NCBI GenBank assembly: GCA_037439545.1
Contig: JBBIVV010000005.1
Span: forward strand, 6,504 to 70,503
Origin: a bacterium
GTDB taxonomy: Bacteria > JAMCPX01
Direction of reading: 5' to 3'
DNA length: 64,000 nt
Both the position numbers and the translations under genes were made by a program. Below, piece by piece: positions 49,420 to 59,293 of this stretch; position 1 is the stretch's first letter; each line of letters begins with the position of its first letter. The notes beneath the pieces were generated by a model. The model did no database searches. It worked only from the letters and a program-made list of their open reading frames with translations, and was not told the origin of the DNA.

Positions 49420-49448
49420 TTGACACTATTCATAGTTTACCGTATACT
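49420..49448 (+). promoter_or_regulatory. near-consensus sigma-70 promoter upstream of pilB (TTGACA, 17-nt spacer, TATACT)
   Basis: Read directly from the sequence. The -35 hexamer is at 49420 to 49425 and the -10 at 49443 to 49448. The RBS (GAAGGGGG) and ATG at 49480 follow. Confidence 0.55.
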
Positions 49449-49479
49449 AAATTTAATTGTTTGAAGGGGGTTACTATTT

Positions 49480-51171
49480 ATGACTTCGAGGCTTGGAGAG
49501 CTCCTTGTTAAAGAAAACTTAATAACGACAGACCAGCTGAGAAAAGCGATGGAAGAACAGAAAGCCGGCGGCGGAAGGCTGGGCTCGAGTCTTACAAAAC
49601 TTGGATTCGTTACCGATGAAGAACTGCTGACATTCCTGAGCAAGCAGTACAATGTCCCTGTCATAAATCTCGATGAGTTCGAGATAGAAAAAGAGATTGC
49701 CCGCAAGATACCGCAGGCTATTGCCAAAAAGCACCTCATTATACCCGTAAATCAGACGGGATCCACACTTATCGTGGCAACTTCAGACCCGACGAACCTC
49801 GGTGTCATAGATGAAATAAAATTTTTGACAGGCTACAATGTAGAATTCGTTGCAGCTACAGAGAATGCACTTACCAAGGCTATAGAAAAATATTTTGAGG
49901 TGTCCACGGATTATCAAGGCATACTCGACGAGGCTGCTCAAGAATATGAAGTTATCTCGGATGAAGACAACATAGACATCAAGACTCTTGAAAAGGCGAG
50001 TGAAGAGGCTCCTGTCATACGTCTTGTCAACTCAATCCTGAACGATGCAATAAAGAAAGGTGCGAGCGACATCCATGTGGAGCCTTATGAGAAGACTTTC
50101 AGGGTAAGGTTCAGGATAGACGGTATGCTTTATGAGATTATGAAACCGCAATTATCATTGAAACCCGCTATTGCTTCAAGATTAAAGATAATGGCAAAGC
50201 TTGATATTGCGGAGAGACGGAGGCCCCAGGACGGCAGGATCAAGATCCGGTATGCTGACGGAAAAGATATGGATTTCCGGGTTTCTGTTCTTCCTACACT
50301 CTTCGGCGAGAAGATCGTTCTCCGGTTGCTCGATAAATCCAACCTTCAGCTTGACATGACAAAGCTCGGCTTCAACGAGAAGCAGTTGAAGGACTTTAAA
50401 GACTCAGTGCATAAACCTTACGGCATGGTGCTCGTGACGGGTCCGACAGGGAGCGGTAAGACCACGACGCTTTATTCAGCACTGTCTGAATTGAATCAAA
50501 TATCTAAAAATGTCTCGACAGCAGAGGACCCGGTTGAATACAATATGCCCGGTGTTAACCAGGTTCAGATGCATGAGGAGATAGGCTTAAACTTTGCTGC
50601 GGCACTAAGGTCATTCCTCCGGCAGGACCCTAACATCATCATGGTCGGAGAGATAAGGGACTATGAAACTGCCGAAATAGCCGTAAAGGCCGCATTGACA
50701 GGACATCTTGTATTGTCGACAATCCATACTAATGATGCCCCCAGTACTATTAACAGGCTGTTGAATATGGGTATAGAGCCATTCCTTGTCGCCTCGGCTG
50801 TCCATGCAATACTTGCGCAAAGGTTAGTGAGAAAAATATGTGACAAGTGTAAAGAAGAAATAGATGTTGGAAAGAAGGCCTTGCTTGATATCGGCATTTC
50901 TGAGGCAGAAGCCAAAAACTTAAAAGTCTATAAGGGCAAGGGATGCACTGTATGCAACAACACCGGTTATAAGGGCAGAATTGCTGTTTATGAAATCCTT
51001 ACCATAGCAGAGGAACTCAGGGAGTTGATATTAGCCGGTGCATCTGCTAATGAAATAAAGAAAGAAGCCATGAGGCTTGGCATGATGACGATGCGTCAGA
51101 GTGCAGTAGATTTTTTAAAAAAAGGGCTTACAACAGTAGATGAGGTTGTAAGAGTGACAGCAAAAGATTAG
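49480..51171 (+). CDS. pilB: type IV pilus assembly ATPase PilB (GspE family)
   Basis: 563 aa. An N-terminal MshEN-like domain, Walker A (GPTGSGKTT) and a tetracysteine motif (CDKC...CTVC). Confidence 0.9.
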   Translation: MTSRLGELLVKENLITTDQLRKAMEEQKAGGGRLGSSLTKLGFVTDEELLTFLSKQYNVPVINLDEFEIEKEIARKIPQAIAKKHLIIPVNQTGSTLIVATSDPTNLGVIDEIKFLTGYNVEFVAATENALTKAIEKYFEVSTDYQGILDEAAQEYEVISDEDNIDIKTLEKASEEAPVIRLVNSILNDAIKKGASDIHVEPYEKTFRVRFRIDGMLYEIMKPQLSLKPAIASRLKIMAKLDIAERRRPQDGRIKIRYADGKDMDFRVSVLPTLFGEKIVLRLLDKSNLQLDMTKLGFNEKQLKDFKDSVHKPYGMVLVTGPTGSGKTTTLYSALSELNQISKNVSTAEDPVEYNMPGVNQVQMHEEIGLNFAAALRSFLRQDPNIIMVGEIRDYETAEIAVKAALTGHLVLSTIHTNDAPSTINRLLNMGIEPFLVASAVHAILAQRLVRKICDKCKEEIDVGKKALLDIGISEAEAKNLKVYKGKGCTVCNNTGYKGRIAVYEILTIAEELRELILAGASANEIKKEAMRLGMMTMRQSAVDFLKKGLTTVDEVVRVTAKD

Positions 51172-51185
51172 ATGTGGGGGTGGCA

Positions 51186-52313
51186 ATGAGTTTCAATCTG
51201 CATCAGTTGTTGAAAGTAATGATAGAAAAAGGGGCAAGCGACCTTCATATAACGACAGGCAGCCCTCCTCAGTTGAGGATAGACGGTGAATTAACGCCGC
51301 TCAAAGTCCCGCCTCTTACTGCAACAGAAACAAAACAGCTTTGCTACAGTATTCTTACTGATGCACAGAAACAAAAATTTGAGCAGGAGAACGAGCTTGA
51401 TCTGTCATTCGGCGTAAAAGGCTTAAGTAGGTTCAGATCGAATATATTTATGCAGAGAGGAGCTGTTGCCGGCGCATTCAGAACGATCCCTTTTAAAATA
51501 TTGAGTTTCGACGAGCTTGGACTGCCGCCTGTCGTAGCAGAGCTCACCAAGAAGGTGAGAGGGCTGATCCTGGTAACGGGCCCTACCGGCAGCGGAAAGA
51601 CCACGACACTCGCCTCTATAATAGCAAAGATAAACGAGGACAGGCATGAGCACATCATTACCATAGAGGATCCTATAGAATACCTGCACCCACATAAGAA
51701 TTGTATCGTGAACCAAAGAGAGGTGGGCGCTGACACGAGAGGATTTGCAAATGCCTTAAAGTATATTTTAAGGCAGGATCCGGATGTAGTACTCATTGGA
51801 GAGATGAGGGACCTTGAAACGATTGAAGCTGCACTCAATACGGCAGAAACCGGCCACCTCGTTCTTGCAACATTGCACACAAACTCAGCAGTCCAGACAA
51901 TCAACAGGATCATTGACGCATTCCCGCCGCACCAGCAGTCTCAGGTAAGGGCACAGTTGTCCTTTGTTCTTGAAGGAATTTTAACTCAATCGCTTATACC
52001 AAAGTATAATCAGCCGGGCAGATCGCTGGCATGCGAGGTACTGGTACCTATACCGGCCATAAGAAACCTGATAAGAGAGGAAAAGGTCCATCAGATATAC
52101 TCACACATGCAGGTGGGACAGGCAAAGTTCGGCATGCAGACCATGAATCAGTCTTTGTTCAACCTGTACCAGAGGAAATTAATTTCATTGGATGATGCTA
52201 TGATATACTCGTCGGATCTCGAAGAACTCAAACAGATGCTCCAGGCAGGCACGACCACGCCGCCGTCTGTCCAGGCTCAGGCAAGGATGCAGAATGCTCA
52301 AAAAAGCTTTTAA
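51186..52313 (+). CDS. pilT: type IV pilus retraction ATPase PilT
   Basis: Walker A (GPTGSGKTTT), AIRNLIRE motif and a GGGGGTGG RBS before the ATG at 51186. The track ORF starts at 51174 on a GTG. Confidence 0.9.
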   Translation: MSFNLHQLLKVMIEKGASDLHITTGSPPQLRIDGELTPLKVPPLTATETKQLCYSILTDAQKQKFEQENELDLSFGVKGLSRFRSNIFMQRGAVAGAFRTIPFKILSFDELGLPPVVAELTKKVRGLILVTGPTGSGKTTTLASIIAKINEDRHEHIITIEDPIEYLHPHKNCIVNQREVGADTRGFANALKYILRQDPDVVLIGEMRDLETIEAALNTAETGHLVLATLHTNSAVQTINRIIDAFPPHQQSQVRAQLSFVLEGILTQSLIPKYNQPGRSLACEVLVPIPAIRNLIREEKVHQIYSHMQVGQAKFGMQTMNQSLFNLYQRKLISLDDAMIYSSDLEELKQMLQAGTTTPPSVQAQARMQNAQKSF

Positions 52314-52326
52314 ATGGAGGTAAGCA

Positions 52327-53538
52327 ATGGCTATTTTTACTTGGGAAGGAATGAAAAAAACAGGCGAAGTCGTAAAAGGCAGTACAGATGCTCAGAGTGA
52401 AAATGCCGTCATAGCCATACTCAGACAACAGGATATAAGGCCTACCAACATCAAGGAAAAGAAAGCGTCCTTTAATCTGGATAGTATAAACATCTTCAAG
52501 GAAAAGGTTACGGGCAAAGACCTGTCGATCTTCACAAGACAGTTTGCGACCATGATTGACTCTGGTCTGCCGCTTGTCCAGTGCCTGGACATACTTGGCG
52601 CACAGCAGCCGAACAAAACATTCCAGAAGACCATAAAGGACATAAAATCGTCCATTGAAGGCGGCTCTACCTTTGCCGCTGCATTAAAAAAACACCCGGA
52701 CACCTTTGATTCTCTGTACTCGAATCTCGTGGCTGCAGGAGAGGTCGGCGGTATGCTCGACACAATACTTGCGCGGCTCGCGACTTATATCGAAAAATCC
52801 GAGAAATTAAAAGGCAGGGTAAAAGGTGCCATGGTGTATCCAGTCGTTGTATTGACGATTGCCGCCGGGGCTACCGCAGTATTGCTTTTGTTTGTAATAC
52901 CCGTTTTTGCAAAGATGTTTGCAGATGTCGGTGCGGCACTGCCGGCTCCAACCCAATTCGTTATGGATCTCAGCAACTTCTTAAGGCATTACTTCCTGTA
53001 TATGATTATAGGGATAGCGGCTGTCATTTATGCGATCAGGGCTTACTATAAGACAGCGAACGGAACCCTGGTCATAGACAGTATGTTATTGAAGGCGCCG
53101 GTATTCGGCGATCTTATCCGGAAAAATGCAGTGGCAAGGTTTACCAGAACGCTCTCAACGATGATCTCAAGCGGTGTTCCTATCATGGACGGTCTCGAAA
53201 TCGTTGCCCGCACATCAGGCAATAAGATCATCGAGAATGCGATTATGAAAGCACGGGAAAGCATCGCTGCAGGCAAAACGATATCCGAGCCACTCGGTCA
53301 GACAAAGGTCTTCCCGTCCATGGTCGTTCAGATGATCTCAGTGGGCGAGGCTACGGGTAACATGGATGCAATGCTTTCTAAAATTGCAGATTTTTACGAT
53401 GAAGAAGTCGATGCTGCCGTAGCAAGCATGACGTCCCTTATCGAGCCGCTGCTAATCGTGTTCCTCGGTGTTGTTATCGGCGGCCTTGTTGTTGCAATGT
53501 ACTTACCAATCTTCAAGATTGCAAGTACGGTTAAATGA
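52327..53538 (+). CDS. pilC: type IV pilus inner-membrane platform protein PilC (GspF family)
   Basis: 403 aa with two GspF repeats and TM segments. An RBS (GGAGG) is present. Confidence 0.9.
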   Translation: MAIFTWEGMKKTGEVVKGSTDAQSENAVIAILRQQDIRPTNIKEKKASFNLDSINIFKEKVTGKDLSIFTRQFATMIDSGLPLVQCLDILGAQQPNKTFQKTIKDIKSSIEGGSTFAAALKKHPDTFDSLYSNLVAAGEVGGMLDTILARLATYIEKSEKLKGRVKGAMVYPVVVLTIAAGATAVLLLFVIPVFAKMFADVGAALPAPTQFVMDLSNFLRHYFLYMIIGIAAVIYAIRAYYKTANGTLVIDSMLLKAPVFGDLIRKNAVARFTRTLSTMISSGVPIMDGLEIVARTSGNKIIENAIMKARESIAAGKTISEPLGQTKVFPSMVVQMISVGEATGNMDAMLSKIADFYDEEVDAAVASMTSLIEPLLIVFLGVVIGGLVVAMYLPIFKIASTVK

Positions 53539-55214
53539 TGCGGGAAGACAGCACAGAACCGACACAAGAACTTTTACCCTCAACCTCACCGGCAACTTCA
53601 CCGGTGACTTCTATAGAAAAACAGGAGCTTTTAACCAGGCTCTTCTGGTCTACTGCGATAAGACTGATTCTTATAACACTGCTTATCGGCATTGCATTTA
53701 CCACATATCAGTACAAGACGATATTCCGTGCTGCCCCATGGTTGTCGCCTTTAATAATACTGATATCAGTTCTCTATGTATTCAGCTTCATAGAACTGCT
53801 CGCCATAAAAAAGCGGAAAAGGCTTAAAGTCATAGCGTATATCGCTACATCTTGGGATGTTCTGTTTACATCAGCTCTTGTTATAGCGACAGGAGGCATC
53901 GATAGTATATACACCTTCTTATACCTTTTCGTGGCCATCGAGGCCGGCTTCTTATTGTCACAGCAAGGAGGATTTATCTTTGCGTCTCTTTCATCGATAT
54001 TCTATGGACTCCTCGTCGATGCTCAGTTTTACAGATTAATTCCGTCATTCATACCGTCGCCCGACATAACGCGTCCTGTAAAAGACATCCTTGTCAATCT
54101 CATAACCTATATGGGGACGACATTCTTATTGGGAATACTGAGCGCCTTTCTCGGTAATAATCTGTTAAAGGCCAAACAATCGCTGTCTGCAAGCAGCATT
54201 GACCTCAGACATCTGACAAATCTCTATGCCATAATTGTCAATAGTATAGACTCGGGATTAATAACACTCGACGAACACTATAATTTAAATACCATGAATC
54301 CTGCGGCAGTGCGCATAACCGGCTATGATCTTCATGACATTGAAGGGAAAAAAATAGATGACATTATGCCGGGGATCCAACTGCCGGCTACCGGAGTCAA
54401 AAGGAACGAATTAGTCATTAAAAAAAAAGATAAACACGGTGTGCAGATAGGTTACACTATGTCTAACCTGCACGATGAAACAGGCAAGATGATAGGTACA
54501 GTCATAGCATTTCAGGATCTTACCGAGATGAAGAAGATGGAAGCCAAGCTGAAGCGCTCCGACATCCTTGCAACCGCAGGCAGGCTTGCTGCAAGCGTTG
54601 CGCATGAAATACGAAACCCTCTTGCGTCTATCAGCGGTATGGTCCAGATACTTATGGAAGATTTAAAAAGCAACAAGGAATTTGAAAAACCGTTGGACCT
54701 CATATTCAGGGAAGTAGACAGAATAAACAATCTCATTACAGAGTTCCTGTCGATGTCGAAACCTGTTACCCATATTCAGGAAGGTATACTCTTGAAACCG
54801 ATTGTCGACGAAGTTTTTGAAAGTGTCATGAAGAGGGTGGATTATAATCCTTTGGTAAAACTGCTGAACCCGTTATCGGACGATATAACGATAAAGGCAG
54901 ACAAACTTAAAATAAAACAGGTGTTGCTCAACCTTGTTCTTAATGCTATTCATGCAATTAAGGAAACAGGGTTTGTAACTGTAAAATGCATGAAAGAGAA
55001 TAAACATACCAGACTGTCGGTCGAGGACAATGGAGGAGGCATGGATGAAAACGAACTAAAGCTGTGCCTAGAACCTTTTTGGACAACGAATCCCGGAGGT
55101 ACGGGACTCGGACTGCCGGTGGTGCAGGCCATTGTTGAACAGCACTATGGTGTTTTATTCATAAAAAGCAAAAAAGGTGAAGGAACACATGTTGAAATCG
55201 AACTGCCTTTATAA
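53535..55214 (+). CDS. pilS: sensor histidine kinase, PilS-like (polytopic N-terminus, PAS, HisKA, HATPase)
   Basis: About six TM segments, a PAS region, an H-box (SVAHEIRNPL), N/G boxes (LNLVLNAIHA, GGTGLGL). It is overlapped by pilC and followed by pilR. Confidence 0.85.
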   Translation: MMREDSTEPTQELLPSTSPATSPVTSIEKQELLTRLFWSTAIRLILITLLIGIAFTTYQYKTIFRAAPWLSPLIILISVLYVFSFIELLAIKKRKRLKVIAYIATSWDVLFTSALVIATGGIDSIYTFLYLFVAIEAGFLLSQQGGFIFASLSSIFYGLLVDAQFYRLIPSFIPSPDITRPVKDILVNLITYMGTTFLLGILSAFLGNNLLKAKQSLSASSIDLRHLTNLYAIIVNSIDSGLITLDEHYNLNTMNPAAVRITGYDLHDIEGKKIDDIMPGIQLPATGVKRNELVIKKKDKHGVQIGYTMSNLHDETGKMIGTVIAFQDLTEMKKMEAKLKRSDILATAGRLAASVAHEIRNPLASISGMVQILMEDLKSNKEFEKPLDLIFREVDRINNLITEFLSMSKPVTHIQEGILLKPIVDEVFESVMKRVDYNPLVKLLNPLSDDITIKADKLKIKQVLLNLVLNAIHAIKETGFVTVKCMKENKHTRLSVEDNGGGMDENELKLCLEPFWTTNPGGTGLGLPVVQAIVEQHYGVLFIKSKKGEGTHVEIELPL

Positions 55215-55234
55215 AATAATAAAGAAAGCACTCT

Positions 55235-56617
55235 ATGATCCAGATACTTGCTGTTGATGATGATAAAAGCATGCGTGAGTTCCTTGAGCTCATACTTAAA
55301 AGGGAAAGGTACGATGTAACCTGCGCCAAAGACGGTGCGGACGCTATCCTGCTTTTGAAAGACAATTTTTTTGATCTGATAATAACTGATCTTATGATGC
55401 CCGCTATAAACGGTTTGGAGGTATTGAAAAAGGCAAAAGAGATTTACCCGGATATAAAGGTTATTGTAATTACTGCATTCGGTACCATAGAAACTGCTGT
55501 AGAAGCAATAAAGCTCGGTGCTTATGACTACATCACAAAACCCTTTAACAACGATGATTTAAGGCAGCGAATCCGGCGGGCAATCGAAACCCAGAAAATC
55601 GAGCACGAGAACAAAAGGCTGAAACAGGAACTCGGGGTGAAGGATGGGAAATGGGACATTATAGGTGTAAGCAGCATCATGCAGGATATTTTCAACCTCA
55701 TAGAAAGGGTAAAGGATACGAGAACGAATGTTCTTATCTATGGTGAATCGGGAACGGGCAAAGAACTGGTAGCCCGCGCAATACACAATCAGGGTGCGAG
55801 ACAGAATGAGCCGTTTATACCGATCAACTGCGGCGCAATACCTGAAAATCTTGTGGAGAGTGAACTGTTCGGGCATAAAAGGGGTGCATTTACCGGTGCT
55901 ACGGAAAACAAAAAGGGGCTTTTTCTCGAAGCAGACGGGGGGACAATCTTCCTTGACGAAGTCAGTGAATTGCCGTTTCAAACACAGGTTAAACTGTTAA
56001 GGGTTATTCAGGACAAAAAAATTAAACCTGTCGGAGACTCACTGGAATATCCGGTCGATGTCAGGATTCTCTCAGCGACAAACAGGAACCTGAAACAGCT
56101 CGTAAAAGAGTCGAAATTCCGGGAGGACCTCTTCTACCGGTTAAATGTGATACAGATAGAAATGAAACCATTGAGAGACAGAAAGGATGATATTCTTCCC
56201 CTTGCGAGACATTTTCTTGAAAAATACGGTAAAGAGTTCGGCAAAAAAATCCAGGATTTTTCGAATGCAGCGATCGATATATTGAAAAATTATTATTATC
56301 CGGGCAACGTCAGAGAGCTTGAGAACATCGTGGAAAGGGCAGTTGCAATAGAATCGGCCGCTGTTATCCTGCCGGAATCCCTGCCGCAGGAATTGACCCA
56401 TGCAGTTCCGGACAATACCGGCCGGGCATATACCCTGGAAGATATCAAATCAAGATTCAACGGGGTTATCGACAACCTGCTGAATACGATAGAGAAGGGA
56501 TTGATAGAAGATGCGCTCAAGGTAAGTTCCAATGACCGGCTAAAAACCTGCACATTGCTGGGTATCCCCATGCGATCGCTGAGATATAGAATCAAAAAAT
56601 ATAACATTATGGATTAA
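55235..56617 (+). CDS. pilR: sigma-54-dependent response regulator, PilR-like (REC, AAA+, Fis HTH)
   Basis: REC domain (ILAVDDD...D at DLMMP), GESGTGKE and GAFTGA motifs, and a C-terminal HTH. Confidence 0.9.
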   Translation: MIQILAVDDDKSMREFLELILKRERYDVTCAKDGADAILLLKDNFFDLIITDLMMPAINGLEVLKKAKEIYPDIKVIVITAFGTIETAVEAIKLGAYDYITKPFNNDDLRQRIRRAIETQKIEHENKRLKQELGVKDGKWDIIGVSSIMQDIFNLIERVKDTRTNVLIYGESGTGKELVARAIHNQGARQNEPFIPINCGAIPENLVESELFGHKRGAFTGATENKKGLFLEADGGTIFLDEVSELPFQTQVKLLRVIQDKKIKPVGDSLEYPVDVRILSATNRNLKQLVKESKFREDLFYRLNVIQIEMKPLRDRKDDILPLARHFLEKYGKEFGKKIQDFSNAAIDILKNYYYPGNVRELENIVERAVAIESAAVILPESLPQELTHAVPDNTGRAYTLEDIKSRFNGVIDNLLNTIEKGLIEDALKVSSNDRLKTCTLLGIPMRSLRYRIKKYNIMD

Positions 56618-56707
56618 GAAAGCTTGATTTATAGACGGACTTAATATATTCATTGTCAGAAAAACATTATTATGTTTGATTGAATTTTAAATAAATGAGG
56701 AGGCACG

Positions 56708-58024
56708 ATGAAAATATTTAACATAGTTATATTATTCTGTACCATTGTCATGGCCCCTGCAGTTCTCATTGCATCTCCGTCCGACAGTCAGAATTCCGGA
56801 ATAATCGAGATTCCATCCGCAACAACGGTCGCGCCCGAAGCGCCGGCACCGTCCATAATGCCGGTCCAGTCCGCAGCAGCATCGCCGCCTTTTACTCTCA
56901 ATTCCAGCACTTATCTCAACACGTTCGGATTGAATGGTAATAACATTGACAATAAGTATCTTCCTTTCTATGAAGACCTGAACTTTAAATACCTTACCTT
57001 AAGCAAAGGTTTGAGCATAGAGGCCTCTGGATGGTTGAGATACGATTTACTCTCCAATGAATACACCAACAGGGCAAACGCTGATTTTACCTACGGCTAC
57101 CTTAACTATCAACCCGGTTCACTTCCTCTGAAGTTGAAGCTCGGAAGGGTTTATAGCTGGTTTGGATGTGCCAACGACCATTATGACGGCATTGAACTGA
57201 TGCTTCAAAATATCCATGGGTTTGGAATCGGCGCTTTTGCCGGAAGTGAGGTTGATTCACAGCTTCACGATACACCCGGAGGCGTTACGGCGGGAGGCAG
57301 GTTATCCTATGACTCATCCCTCTTTGGTATTGGTGGTTCTTTGTTTTATGCTGCGAACAATGATTACCTGTCCCAGTACAGGTGGGGCGCAGATGGATGG
57401 GTAAAGCCAGCCGACATGCTTTATCTATTTGGCAGGTACTATTATGATATGGTTGATAAAAGGCTTTATGACGGAACTGTAAAATTATCATTAACCCCCC
57501 TCAGGAGGGTATTTGTAAATGCTCAATACTCTCTTTTCAACCCTGCATCTCTCATTGATAAGACGAGCATATTCTGGGTATTCAATACGGAGTCTTACAG
57601 GACCATTGTTGCGGACATAGGCTACAGAATCCTTGATGATCTTTCTGTGTCTTTGGATGGTTCTAAATACATGTATAGTTCTGAAGGCAATGCGTACAGT
57701 TATGGAGGTGCGCTCAACTATGATATGCATCCTTATGCACTCGGCCTTGAACTGAAAAAAACGGATTCAAACCCGACGGATTATTTGACCACAAGGGTTT
57801 ATATATTCAGAAACTTTATCATGGGGTTTTATGCCAATATAGACGTCATCTACACATCTTATCTTGGCGAACTGAAAGGCTACGATCACAGCATTACCGG
57901 TCATGCCGCCGTCGGAAAAACGATTGTCAAAAACCTGAAGCTTACGCTGTCGGGAGATTCAACAGACGGACCGTATGTAAGACACGGCGGTTTTGGCATG
58001 CTGAGTCTGAAATATGAACTGTAA
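56708..58024 (+). CDS. putative outer-membrane beta-barrel protein (porin-like), unknown family
   Basis: Signal peptide and a Pro/Ala-rich linker. Then about 370 aa of alternating aromatic/Gly-rich amphipathic strands (GFGIGAFAG, LFGIGGSLFYAANNDY, YSYGGALNYD), ending in GFGMLSLKYEL. Strong RBS (GAGGAGG). There are 12 nt to the next gene. Confidence 0.5.
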   Translation: MKIFNIVILFCTIVMAPAVLIASPSDSQNSGIIEIPSATTVAPEAPAPSIMPVQSAAASPPFTLNSSTYLNTFGLNGNNIDNKYLPFYEDLNFKYLTLSKGLSIEASGWLRYDLLSNEYTNRANADFTYGYLNYQPGSLPLKLKLGRVYSWFGCANDHYDGIELMLQNIHGFGIGAFAGSEVDSQLHDTPGGVTAGGRLSYDSSLFGIGGSLFYAANNDYLSQYRWGADGWVKPADMLYLFGRYYYDMVDKRLYDGTVKLSLTPLRRVFVNAQYSLFNPASLIDKTSIFWVFNTESYRTIVADIGYRILDDLSVSLDGSKYMYSSEGNAYSYGGALNYDMHPYALGLELKKTDSNPTDYLTTRVYIFRNFIMGFYANIDVIYTSYLGELKGYDHSITGHAAVGKTIVKNLKLTLSGDSTDGPYVRHGGFGMLSLKYEL

Positions 58025-58036
58025 AGAGGGGGCATT

Positions 58037-59086
58037 ATGAAAAAATGGTTTTTCTTATCTGTTGTAATTATATTATTTTCAGCTTCTTGCAATAAAATTC
58101 TTTCTTCTCACAAGGATACGCTCATATTTTCACATAAATTGCATGTTACCGCCAATGGCATTGAGTGTCTCACCTGTCACTCGGGTATCGATACAACGAC
58201 CACAACGTCCGGCAATTTTGTACCGAAAATGGATGTGTGCTTTCAATGTCACAGCGATGCACAAAACAAGTGTACGATGTGTCATACCGACCCGGACAAG
58301 GCCATGCCTTTCCCTGTCGAAAAACGGGACATTGTATTTTCTCACCAGTCGCACCTGTCCAGAGTTAAGAATGATTGCACCTACTGCCATACACGTATAT
58401 CTCTGGAAACGGCACCAGCGCCCGGCAATCTGCCCACGATGCAGGTTTGCCTGACATGCCATCAAAAAGATTATGATACACTGCAATGCTCCGGATGTCA
58501 CACCTCCCTGAGCTCACTATCGATAGAAAGACTATCGCATTTCACTCACAATGCAGGGTTTAAAAACAACCATGGAGTCATTGCAAGGACCGATATAAAT
58601 TCGTGCGAACAATGCCATCAACTGTCTTTCTGTGATACTTGTCACAATACAAATGCTAAGATACTTCCCTCCATTCGTTATCCGGAAGCACCCCAACAGC
58701 CCCTCATACACAGAGGCGATTGGCTTGCGGTCCACTCAATCGATGCACAGCAGGACCCGTCCTCCTGTTACAGGTGTCACTCGGCATCGAGCTGCCGCGA
58801 GTGCCATCTGAGAAACGGCGTCGCTGCAAATGGCTCACCAAATACCGCATCTCCCCACCCTGCCGGAACGGATTTCTTGTTTAACACGGCTTCACCTCAA
58901 TTCCATGGAAAGCTTGCGAGACAAAACATCAATACGTGTGCTTCATGCCACAGCGGAGGAGCAGATGCAGTATGCGTACAGTGTCACAAGGTCGGCGGTA
59001 TTGGCGGCAATCCGCATCCGTCTGATTTCAGATCCAGCCTTAACATGAACAAGGACAAAGTATGCCTTGTCTGTCACGCTCAATAA
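58037..59086 (+). CDS. multiheme c-type cytochrome lipoprotein (13 CXXCH motifs)
   Basis: Signal peptide with a lipobox-like motif (LFSASC). The thirteen CXXCH motifs are CLTCH, CFQCH, CTMCH, CTYCH, CLTCH, CSGCH, CEQCH, CDTCH, CYRCH, CRECH, CASCH, CVQCH and CLVCH, in 349 aa. RBS AGAGGGGG. Confidence 0.85.
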   Translation: MKKWFFLSVVIILFSASCNKILSSHKDTLIFSHKLHVTANGIECLTCHSGIDTTTTTSGNFVPKMDVCFQCHSDAQNKCTMCHTDPDKAMPFPVEKRDIVFSHQSHLSRVKNDCTYCHTRISLETAPAPGNLPTMQVCLTCHQKDYDTLQCSGCHTSLSSLSIERLSHFTHNAGFKNNHGVIARTDINSCEQCHQLSFCDTCHNTNAKILPSIRYPEAPQQPLIHRGDWLAVHSIDAQQDPSSCYRCHSASSCRECHLRNGVAANGSPNTASPHPAGTDFLFNTASPQFHGKLARQNINTCASCHSGGADAVCVQCHKVGGIGGNPHPSDFRSSLNMNKDKVCLVCHAQ

Positions 59087-59098
59087 TCAAATGCCGGT

Positions 59099-59137
59099 AA
59101 AGGGTTGGTTAAAATTAATCAACCCTTTGTTTTCATT
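59099..59137 (+). terminator. rho-independent terminator after the cytochrome gene
   Basis: AAAGGGUUGGUUAA-loop-UUAAUCAACCCUUU stem (one mismatch) followed by GUUUUCAUU. Confidence 0.65.
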
Positions 59138-59293
59138 ACACGGATATTACAGACAGGACTTGTTTTTTCCGGACAGAGATATTATTATTTTTAATCCAAA
59201 GTTAAGTATATGTTGTAATTTTTACAGATTTCTCTTAAAGGAACCTGTATGTTGAATTTCATAAAGGCATTAATTAAAAAAAAAGGAGCTCAC

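Noticed and set aside
56624-56650. Sigma-70-like promoter TTGATT-N15-TATATT upstream of the beta-barrel gene
   Set aside because: The spacer is only 15 nt and the hexamers are weak, so I kept it as an untested possibility. Co-transcription from pilSR or a PilR-dependent promoter cannot be excluded.
59067-59255. 62-aa ORF spanning the cytochrome terminator region
   Set aside because: It overlaps the intrinsic terminator hairpin, has low-complexity sequence and no RBS.
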